The notes under the pieces: model-generated | The model's input: the letters and a program-made list of their open reading frames with translations, nothing else | Databases searched by the model: none | What the model was told of the DNA's origin: nothing | Program-made: the position numbers and the translations under genes | IMG/VR virus record: IMGVR_UViG_3300027819_000007 | Location: 19,787-83,786 of that record | Origin: a virus | Lineage: Duplodnaviria; Heunggongvirae; Uroviricota; Caudoviricetes | Reading direction: 5' to 3' (one strand) | DNA length: 64,000 nucleotides | Shown here: positions 27,686-35,412 of the stretch, piece by piece | How the letters are laid out: each line of letters opens with the position of its first letter | Numbering within the stretch: the first letter of the stretch is position 1

Positions 27686-28549
27686 TCACTTATTCAACGG
27701 AACATCTACGGTCACTATTGTGATTACACCTTCGGCCCAGGCCGCATAGATATTTCCATCTACATCAACCCAACTTCGTTTAGCATCCCGCCATAGTTCT
27801 CCAGAAACGTCTTTCCCTCTTCCAGTCGAAGGATAGAACAAATACTCGAAATCGTCAACAAATGCAGATCCACCTTCTTCGGGATCTAACTCTTGAAGGG
27901 AAGAAAATTTGAAATGGTCGATCCTTCCAATTTCTCCCATCAAGAACCCAGAATTGTGTTTGGCAAACAACTTCTCCCCAGCTTGGAGGGCCGCTTTGGT
28001 AATCTGTCCCGCGTTGTAATCAGTTCCAATCACATCGTCTTGCTGGGAAAGAATGAACTGACAACTACCTTCCGCTACTTCGTCCCTCTCTTGACCCAAC
28101 AATTGTCCTGCCTTGTATCCTTTTGGGGGATTTGTCTGATTCCAAGAACGGGGAGGTTTATCTCGAAAACCAGTTAAGTCCTCCCACTCTTTCAATGCCA
28201 TTGCGTATACCGCTGAAATGAAATCTCCTGTCTTATCTTCGTTCTTTAACAAACCCTGTTGTCCCAACTTCTTGATGATTGCCCATGCATAATCATCCCC
28301 CACTTTGTATTCATTTGGATCAATTCCCCAATCCTCACTGTAACTTCCACTTCGTGGGAATGGTGCTTGCCCATACTTTTCCGAAAGACTCCTCCTTGTC
28401 ACGGGCTTGTATTTATCGTCTTCCGCAATCTGTTCATCCATTCTATCGTCAACGACTTCCTGCGACAATGGCTTCTTCTCCTGTTCCGAATCTGAATTCT
28501 TAGTGCGATACTTCTGTCGCAAAGATTTAATCCTACTCTTGTTAGACAT
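27686..28549 (-). CDS. IKSLRxKY-family hypothetical protein
   Basis: Starts MSNKSRIKSLRQKYRTK. Confidence 0.6.
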   Translation of the reverse strand: MSNKSRIKSLRQKYRTKNSDSEQEKKPLSQEVVDDRMDEQIAEDDKYKPVTRRSLSEKYGQAPFPRSGSYSEDWGIDPNEYKVGDDYAWAIIKKLGQQGLLKNEDKTGDFISAVYAMALKEWEDLTGFRDKPPRSWNQTNPPKGYKAGQLLGQERDEVAEGSCQFILSQQDDVIGTDYNAGQITKAALQAGEKLFAKHNSGFLMGEIGRIDHFKFSSLQELDPEEGGSAFVDDFEYLFYPSTGRGKDVSGELWRDAKRSWVDVDGNIYAAWAEGVITIVTVDVPLNK

Positions 28550-28621
28550 AAATCACTCAAAATTGAAAAATGGGAAGTAAGAGATTGTCTATCCCCTACT
28601 TCCCATTATTACAAGAGTCCC

Positions 28622-29182
28622 TTATTTCTTCAAGGCGAAACCATCTTCCGTCTTGATCAGACGGCGACGTTCCTTGCCCGACCAGTATCGACAGTGAGCT
28701 TTGACCTTGGCCACGGGAACTCGGATTCTCTTGGCGATCTCTTCCGGAGTCTGTGGTCGATTGGTTAAGACCGCATTGATCTTGGCCGGAACTCCACCAA
28801 TCCGACAACCGAAGTCATCCTTGGTGGCTTCTTTCTTTTCCTTGCTCTTCTTGTTCTTCTTGCGACCATTGGAAGACTTCCGAGAAGAACGGCTAGACCC
28901 ATTTCCGTTGCCATTGGACTCTTCTGCTTCTGCCTCCTCCTCTTCCTCCACCTCCGCACCATGAGAAGATTCCAGATGAATCTCCTCGCCGGACTTGAGA
29001 GAATTGACTATACTCTCGAACAGAGTGAAGTCTTCCCCTTTGGGTTCTTCCGCACGGTCCAGAGTTTCGTCGTTGCTCAGATCATTGAGCTTGACAACCA
29101 GTTGGGTGCGACTCACACCGTCTCCGGATTCGATTCCCATGGAAGTGAGCATCCTCCGAGCAGACTGTTCATTGACGTACAT
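28622..29182 (-). CDS. Protein with C-terminal winged-HTH
   Basis: GGVPAKINAVL...EEIAKRIRVPVAKVKAHCRYW, shared with 46960-48099. Confidence 0.6.
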   Translation of the reverse strand: MYVNEQSARRMLTSMGIESGDGVSRTQLVVKLNDLSNDETLDRAEEPKGEDFTLFESIVNSLKSGEEIHLESSHGAEVEEEEEAEAEESNGNGNGSSRSSRKSSNGRKKNKKSKEKKEATKDDFGCRIGGVPAKINAVLTNRPQTPEEIAKRIRVPVAKVKAHCRYWSGKERRRLIKTEDGFALKK

Positions 29183-29234
29183 GGAATTGTACTCCTAAGT
29201 TAGGGTTATGAAATTGTTTCGCATTCCTTAGTTC

Positions 29235-29263
29235 ATAATATACCACGCAGTAGAAATTGTCAC
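29235..29263 (-). promoter_or_regulatory. Sigma70-like promoter
   Basis: GTGACA-N17-TATTAT. Confidence 0.4.
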
Positions 29264-29309
29264 TAGAATTTCGATGCGATTCCGAAAAATTTTTATTGAC
29301 GTTATGGAA

Positions 29310-30785
29310 TTAATCATCATCGTCGTGAGCTGTTACATTAGGGAGTGGGAACGTCGAAATCATGGCTGGATTGCAAAGACCAAGATGTCCGGCACAATGA
29401 ATTACCCAACGGTGAGAAAATTCTCCATATCGCTTCACAATCCAATTGTATCTCGTAACCCCCCGTTCCTTCTCCGGAGACGAGGTGTTGATTCCCACCA
29501 GACCCGTAACCTCACTTAGTTTCCGATTGTCCTCGCTGAAATTACTCCTGTCCAGAAGACGCTTTTTGAATCCATCTGCATTAATCTGAGTGGCCGACAT
29601 GATGAGACAATGCCGCTCTTCTGTCATGGCCTTGGTCAACTTCCAGGTAGTGTTGACTTGATCGTTCCTCTTCTCCGTCTTGTCCTCATGAAGAAGGTTA
29701 TCCATGTAATCGATAATCACTACCTGAGGAACAAATCCCTGCTGTATTTCCCATCTTTCCAAAACTCCCTTGATACCAGCAATCGATATGCCCCTGCTAG
29801 GATGACATGACAAACAAAAGTAAGAATCCCAAGACTTGATCTTGTTGTTGATCAAACGGTCCCTTGCTTCTACTGCTGCCTCTTCCGTGAGAGGTTCATT
29901 GAACGTAACCTCCCGGAAACTTACCTCAGCAGGATCTCTCCAGTGACCCGGAGGTTCTATCCTAATTGGAATTTTGATCGTTAGGGGCCACTTACCCCGA
30001 CCACTCCGAGTAGGATGACAAGCAATCCGACAAGTAATCCTCTCCTTCATTTGCCGCTCTGACATATCCCCCACCGAGAAGAAGGCAACCTTACGTCTCT
30101 GAGCTATGGCTCGGTAAGCCATGTCAACAAGACAAATCGACTTACCACTTTTCTGAGCACCAGCAAACACCAGGAACCCGGTCTGCTCCATTTCGTTTGC
30201 ATAGAACTCTCCCAAGTCTCCGGGAAAGGTGAGTAGCTGTTGGGTATTCTCTTCGTAGAAAGTTGACCGAAACGCATAATCATCGTTGAGAAGATGCAGT
30301 CCACTTTCCTGGCCCAACTCAACACGAGAATGCTTGGTCACCAAGGTTTCACAACCTTCTACATCCCCTACTCGCAAAGCTTGCTGCAAGCTGTCGGCTA
30401 GCTTGGCAAGTTTATTCTTACGGAAACACTTGCCCGCCATGTCAGCAATCCGTTGGGGATTGATAGGCTCATGCTTGTCTTTGTTGTAAACACTTTTGTC
30501 CGAGATGATGGAAAGGTAACGATGAATGTTTTCCACCAGAGACTCATCAGATGACTTCTCGGCCCATTGGGAGAAATAAGTCTCCACTGCCCGGCAGGGA
30601 GCTTCACTATGTTCTTGAAAATGTTTTACACACCACGAAGCAATCATATTCATCCAATTGACGGAAAACATATCCCCTTCCCACCGAGAGGCGATCAACC
30701 CCAATGCTTGATTGTCCGTGATCATGGAAGTAATGATCTCATTCTCCACCGCTCCGCTATAGGTTTCTTTTTTCATGATTAGCAA
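29310..30785 (-). CDS. dnaB: DnaB-like replicative helicase
   Basis: GAQKSGKS, VIIDYMD, MSATQINADG. Confidence 0.85.
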   Translation of the reverse strand: MLIMKKETYSGAVENEIITSMITDNQALGLIASRWEGDMFSVNWMNMIASWCVKHFQEHSEAPCRAVETYFSQWAEKSSDESLVENIHRYLSIISDKSVYNKDKHEPINPQRIADMAGKCFRKNKLAKLADSLQQALRVGDVEGCETLVTKHSRVELGQESGLHLLNDDYAFRSTFYEENTQQLLTFPGDLGEFYANEMEQTGFLVFAGAQKSGKSICLVDMAYRAIAQRRKVAFFSVGDMSERQMKERITCRIACHPTRSGRGKWPLTIKIPIRIEPPGHWRDPAEVSFREVTFNEPLTEEAAVEARDRLINNKIKSWDSYFCLSCHPSRGISIAGIKGVLERWEIQQGFVPQVVIIDYMDNLLHEDKTEKRNDQVNTTWKLTKAMTEERHCLIMSATQINADGFKKRLLDRSNFSEDNRKLSEVTGLVGINTSSPEKERGVTRYNWIVKRYGEFSHRWVIHCAGHLGLCNPAMISTFPLPNVTAHDDDD

Positions 30786-31882
30786 ATCTCATCGTCACTA
30801 AGATACTCACCGGAGGAATATCCGGATTGGTCATTACGACTGTTTTGTTCCCTTTGCAAACCACGCAACTGCCTCATCCGTTTTATAGCCCCGTACTTTC
30901 GACGGAATGATTCTCCGGAGAAAGCATGGGGCTGCCTGAGATCTTTACCGAGATAACGAAGATGATACTGTAACTCACTTAGAATTGATTTCTCCGCCGA
31001 AGGACGGTCGAGTTGTTCATTATCGACAACCCATTCAGCTAACTCTTCAAATTCTTTGGCCCATGAGTGAAGTGAAGTTTCACGTACTCTGGGTTCAGTC
31101 TTCCGTGAAACTTCGAAGAGGATGGTAGCACATTTCATTCCGAAGGAGGTTTGGACGTATCCACGATGGGGGGTTGAGGATGAATTCTTTCTATCAGAAC
31201 CAGTACCGTTTTTCCCGCAGGGAATATGTGTATTTCTTTCTGTGTATTTAGTTATATATATGGAAGGGGTCGAATCATACCCCTTCCCATCGGTCGAATC
31301 AGACCCCTCTAGAGGGGTCGAATCACACCCCTTTGACCCAGCGATAGCTGATTCTGATTGTTGCGTGTTTCTCCATTTATCTACCATCTTTTCTACCTCC
31401 CACACGTTAAGCCATATGTACCGTCTGGGTGGAGATCCAAACCTTTTTACATGGAGAAATCCACACTTCTGAAGTTTACGGAACAAGGTTTTTTGGGAGG
31501 ACTTGTCCCAATGAAGTGAATTTTCCAGGAATTTCACCGTACACAAATGATACACACGGGTCTTTTCTTCTACCTTTACCACCTTCCGTTTCGACTTTTT
31601 CATGGTAGCCAGGTTGATGTTATCTTGATAGAACAGTGCTTCGATTTTGGACATCACCCCAGATTTCACATAGTCTCGTCGAAACGAGAAGTGATTCCTA
31701 CTGGATTGAGCCTGGATGAGTATCTCGTTGTACTCATTTTCTGGTGACATGGTGGATTCCTCAGACATAGTATCTTTTCCTTTCGTAGTAACCACACCTC
31801 CCATCCCTTTCCATGGAAAGGTGGTGAATGTACTGAGGGGGGTTTTGCCCCTCAGTACATTGGGGGAAGGGAAATTTTGCAC
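30779..31882 (-). CDS. Putative replication initiator protein
   Basis: Upstream of dnaB; HTH-like N-half; internal xDST peptide repeats like the lambda O iteron region. Confidence 0.55.
   Translation of the reverse strand: MQNFPSPNVLRGKTPLSTFTTFPWKGMGGVVTTKGKDTMSEESTMSPENEYNEILIQAQSSRNHFSFRRDYVKSGVMSKIEALFYQDNINLATMKKSKRKVVKVEEKTRVYHLCTVKFLENSLHWDKSSQKTLFRKLQKCGFLHVKRFGSPPRRYIWLNVWEVEKMVDKWRNTQQSESAIAGSKGCDSTPLEGSDSTDGKGYDSTPSIYITKYTERNTHIPCGKNGTGSDRKNSSSTPHRGYVQTSFGMKCATILFEVSRKTEPRVRETSLHSWAKEFEELAEWVVDNEQLDRPSAEKSILSELQYHLRYLGKDLRQPHAFSGESFRRKYGAIKRMRQLRGLQREQNSRNDQSGYSSGEYLSDDEIC
31241..31332. repeat. Iteron-like repeats with AT-rich tract (candidate origin)
   Basis: GTCGAATCAnACCCCT at 31269, 31293 and 31317 (24-bp period), next to GTGTATTTAGTTATATATA. 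Confidence 0.6.
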
Positions 31883-32018
31883 CTAGACGTTTTAATGGCT
31901 GCGGGCAGGGATCAGCTACCAGTGCAACTAATAAGATGAGCAATTGCACCTTGCAACCCGTCGTTAGGGATTAGTCTAACGATTATCTATGACTTTTACA
32001 AGGGATTTCTGGGTAGAA

Positions 32019-32381
32019 TCAAAAACTTTCGGGGTCTTCTTCCAACGTGTCTTTAGGGAATCTTAGATGAACTTCTCCATCATCGTCGGTTCCAAATTGG
32101 ACTTGAGCTTGGAGTGCCCACTGAACGAAGGACTCCAATGCCTGTCGAGGGGTATGCTTCCGGTGAGTCCAGAACTCTTTGAAGAAGATACCCTCTTCCT
32201 CGGCCCAGTCCAACAACTTATCAATGGGTATCCAAGGGGAGAAGTTCTTAGCCTTGGTCCCACTATAGGTAGAATTAGGCTTGTTTCCGAAGGCTTTGAA
32301 GTGGTTTTGATGGTTCGGGTACATGGCTGCATTTCCTTTTCTTGGGTGGCCTTCCACGCTTTCTCGTGGGGGGTAATCCAA
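32019..32381 (-). CDS. Hypothetical protein
   Basis: ORF track; true start uncertain. Confidence 0.4.
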   Translation of the reverse strand: MDYPPRESVEGHPRKGNAAMYPNHQNHFKAFGNKPNSTYSGTKAKNFSPWIPIDKLLDWAEEEGIFFKEFWTHRKHTPRQALESFVQWALQAQVQFGTDDDGEVHLRFPKDTLEEDPESF

Positions 32382-32505
32382 AATGTTTTCTCAGTGAAGC
32401 TCGGAAAGTCTCGAAGCTAGGATCACAGGTTCTGATGGCTTGGGCAATGTCTTCATCCAGACGCACCAGCTTGGTTTTCGTCTTCATGCAATTACTCCAT
32501 TTCAA
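32275..32505 (-). CDS. Small DNA-binding protein with AT-hook
   Basis: KLVRLDEDIA... and RKRGRPPKK. Confidence 0.45.
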   Translation of the reverse strand: MKWSNCMKTKTKLVRLDEDIAQAIRTCDPSFETFRASLRKHFGLPPTRKRGRPPKKRKCSHVPEPSKPLQSLRKQA

Positions 32506-32645
32506 AGAGATAATGGGATGGGAATCTTTCTTAACTTCCCAGAGAATGAAGGCTCACTCCGTCACTGGATATGAATTCCTTCTCTCAATAATGTCTCACA
32601 GATCGTAGGACTACTGAATTAAGTTTACTATTAAGAATCACAAAG

Positions 32646-33131
32646 TCAAGTCTGGTTGGCTAAAAATTGTTCCGCTAACCTTGTACATTCCTGGTCACAC
32701 CACTGATTCCACTTACTCACGGGAAGGTTATTTCTCTTGCGATAACCTTGTTTTAGCTCAGCTTTTGTGGGATGTCCTCCTAGTAAAATTACCTTCCAGA
32801 ACTTGCCTGCCCTTAGTTCTAACACTTTATCCCGTATGAAGATAGGGACGTTGTTGAAACTATTACTTGTCGTAATCCTCCATAAGGTCACTTCACTGTC
32901 TATGTGAATAGTCCCATTCCACTCTGTGGGTAGAAAAGAAAGTCCCCTCATGGCTGCATACAGCTCACTCACGTTGTTGGATATTTTTTCCAGCCCTAAG
33001 TCGATTGGCTGGATTATCCCGCTATCCTGATGGATGATAGAGTTGTCTTCTACCAAGCACCATGCCCACGTCCCTCCATAAGGAGAAGGATTCTTTTGGA
33101 TTACGCCACCGTCCGTATAGAGTTCAGTCAT
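32646..33131 (-). CDS. rnhA: Ribonuclease H
   Basis: LYTDGG, NNVSELYAA, IHIDS, WNQWCD. Confidence 0.85.
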   Translation of the reverse strand: MTELYTDGGVIQKNPSPYGGTWAWCLVEDNSIIHQDSGIIQPIDLGLEKISNNVSELYAAMRGLSFLPTEWNGTIHIDSEVTLWRITTSNSFNNVPIFIRDKVLELRAGKFWKVILLGGHPTKAELKQGYRKRNNLPVSKWNQWCDQECTRLAEQFLANQT

Positions 33132-33133
33132 AG

Positions 33134-33391
33134 CTAACCCTCTATCTCTCTCGTTCCAATTTTTTCTATCTCATCCCATTTTTGCCAATTGATGAGAAAG
33201 GTAATGTGACAACTAGAACCTGGAGGACAAACCATGTCTGTTCGTTTACGGTCAAAGTGAATTCTCGCTATGAGAGAATAGCCACACTCACAAAATAAGT
33301 CATGGAGTTCGTCCAGTACATCCTCACCGTCAATATGTGCTTTGGCCAAGATGGTAAGGAGTTCTTTGTTTTTGGTAGTTATTTCAACCAC
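33134..33391 (-). CDS. Hypothetical protein (ELHDLFCECG motif)
   Basis: Probable GTG start at 33391 with a GGAGG SD; degenerate TIGR02996-like motif. Confidence 0.45.
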   Translation of the reverse strand: MVEITTKNKELLTILAKAHIDGEDVLDELHDLFCECGYSLIARIHFDRKRTDMVCPPGSSCHITFLINWQKWDEIEKIGTREIEG

Positions 33392-34104
33392 AACCGTATT
33401 CCTTCCTCCAAGGATTTCCAAGCATACTTCTCTTCTTTGAATCCTATAGCTACTTTTCCATAGGTGACCTGCTGTTTGGACCAAATATAGATGCCATAAT
33501 GACTGTGGATGTTTCCTTCTCCCATGCGGAAAAACAAGTCTTCTGGGAGAAGGTGTTCCCCTACGGGGTTGCAACTAACTACCCAACCACAATTCAAAAA
33601 ATCCGATGTTCTTTTCCTAAACCAGATGGTGGCTAGGAATGGTTCTCCATAGCAAGTTGAATTGATCCAATGGCGTTCATTTGATTTTGAAACGAACTGA
33701 TGAGTATAAGGTTTCCATCCACCTTCCACAATCTTGCGTTGCACAAAGGCTTCTTTCAAATCTCCCTGTTCTTCCAGCCAGTCAGAAAACACTAACCGCA
33801 AGTCCATGTCTGAGGGAGTAGCGTCAATACTTTCCCTCCAGTGGCTATCATGTTGCGAATGAGGATGATCTACTTCATACCCTTGTTGGAGGAGATGCTC
33901 CCGCATTTTGTCCCACACTACCTTTTCCACAAACCACACTTTCTTGGCAGGATACCAGCCACCTACGTTGCGGATTCTTGTGGTAAGTCGTAGTTCCGAC
34001 AACTTATCCTTGATGATGTTGATAAGGAGCTGGTCATAGTCAAACTTCAATGTGACCACGGGTTCACTATCAGGAAACAACTTGTCAATCCTTACTCGTA
34101 TCAT
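33379..34104 (-). CDS. HARP-like N-terminus plus TIGR02996-like domain
   Basis: WYPAKKVWFV, and DLRLVFSDWLEEQG. Confidence 0.6.
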   Translation of the reverse strand: MIRVRIDKLFPDSEPVVTLKFDYDQLLINIIKDKLSELRLTTRIRNVGGWYPAKKVWFVEKVVWDKMREHLLQQGYEVDHPHSQHDSHWRESIDATPSDMDLRLVFSDWLEEQGDLKEAFVQRKIVEGGWKPYTHQFVSKSNERHWINSTCYGEPFLATIWFRKRTSDFLNCGWVVSCNPVGEHLLPEDLFFRMGEGNIHSHYGIYIWSKQQVTYGKVAIGFKEEKYAWKSLEEGIRLWLK

Positions 34105-34979
34105 GTGAGAAAACTCCTTAGTTGGTTCAGTTCAGTTTCCGTGGCTTCTCCAGGGTCTTTACCACTTTCTAGAATTATGTTATGCGTAGTTCCTGGAAAC
34201 ATACTGAGGGATTGACATAACTTCCTGGCTCTACGTTGAGCTTCCTCCTCTGCGTCCAGACAAACCACTCTCACGGGGATAAGGGACAACTTACGAAGTT
34301 GCTCGGAAGAAGCTTTCATTCCCATCAGGGAAACTGCACCATAACCTACTTTGAAAACGTCCAATGGTCCTTCACATACTACCACGGCAAATCTAACATG
34401 ATCCTCTCCGAAGAGGAGTTGCTTGGGGGAGATTCTTTCTTCTTCTGGCTTAGCATTTAGATAACGAGGTTTGTTCCCACCAATTGTCCTCGTAGTCCAA
34501 CTCACCAATTCCTGTCGATAGTGAACCGGGATCCAAATCCTCCAACTTAGTCTGGAGGATATGCCAATCCCTTTCAAGCCCCACTTGGCCACTAACTCAA
34601 TGGGATCAAATCCTCTTTGAGATAGGTAGTCGTAGTGGCAGGGTTTAAGGTCTCCCACCTCAGGGGGAATTACTACCTTGGTTCGTTTAAGGTTCTTGTC
34701 GTCGGGAAGGGAGTAGTTACGGTCAGTTTGGTCCAGGAACCGTTTAACGACGAACCATGACTGTTGGGTAAGTAGTTGGAGAACTTGACCAATGGGATGT
34801 CCTCCACATTTCCAACAACTGCATTTCAAGGAGGAGAGATGAATGCCGAGATGAAATTTTCCTACTTCGCTACAGTATGGACAATCGGCACCAGCCCATC
34901 CGTGGGAAACGTGATGGTGAGTACCTCCCACACGGTATGGAACTCCATGTTCCTCTAAGAACGAAAGTAGAGAACTCAT
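34101..34979 (-). CDS. DNA primase (Zn finger + TOPRIM)
   Basis: CPYC...CSCWKC, VCEGPLD, CLDAEEEA, KDPGE. Confidence 0.85.
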   Translation of the reverse strand: MSSLLSFLEEHGVPYRVGGTHHHVSHGWAGADCPYCSEVGKFHLGIHLSSLKCSCWKCGGHPIGQVLQLLTQQSWFVVKRFLDQTDRNYSLPDDKNLKRTKVVIPPEVGDLKPCHYDYLSQRGFDPIELVAKWGLKGIGISSRLSWRIWIPVHYRQELVSWTTRTIGGNKPRYLNAKPEEERISPKQLLFGEDHVRFAVVVCEGPLDVFKVGYGAVSLMGMKASSEQLRKLSLIPVRVVCLDAEEEAQRRARKLCQSLSMFPGTTHNIILESGKDPGEATETELNQLRSFLT

Positions 34980-34997
34980 GGAGTTCCTTGCCCTTTC

Positions 34998-35192
34998 TTA
35001 GATCCTCCGAGTTTTATCTCTCATCAGTTTGATCACTTCTTGAGTCATGGTGGTGTTATTCCTTATGCACCAGATCTTGAACAGGTCTTTGAGTTGTCGA
35101 TCAATCTTTCTTATCAGGATAGCTGTTTCGTTTTTGTCTTTTTCTTTAATTACTTCAGTCATGGTTAGTCCCAATAGGGTATATTCGATCAC
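34998..35192 (-). CDS. Small ribbon-helix-helix-like protein
   Basis: ILIRKIDRQLKDLFKIWC...TMTQEVIKLM. Confidence 0.45.
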   Translation of the reverse strand: MIEYTLLGLTMTEVIKEKDKNETAILIRKIDRQLKDLFKIWCIRNNTTMTQEVIKLMRDKTRRI

Positions 35193-35394
35193 CGTTGTAC
35201 GAACTTTGGGAGATCTCCACTCCTGCTAAGGGATAGCAGGAGTTGCATACATAATGTTCTGGAAGGAGTCCCTTTCCCTCAGCAGTCCATATTTTTTGTA
35301 AGCACCTTACACAAGTGATGTGAACATGGCGTTGACCACAGATTTCCTTCACGGGGTAGAGTGAAGGTTTCTTTACAGTCTTCTTTCTTGCCAT
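35155..35394 (-). CDS. Small Zn-finger protein
   Basis: CVRC...CNSC. Confidence 0.45.
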   Translation of the reverse strand: MARKKTVKKPSLYPVKEICGQRHVHITCVRCLQKIWTAEGKGLLPEHYVCNSCYPLAGVEISQSSYNGDRIYPIGTNHD

Positions 35395-35412
35395 TGAAAG
35401 TGCTCCTTGGAA

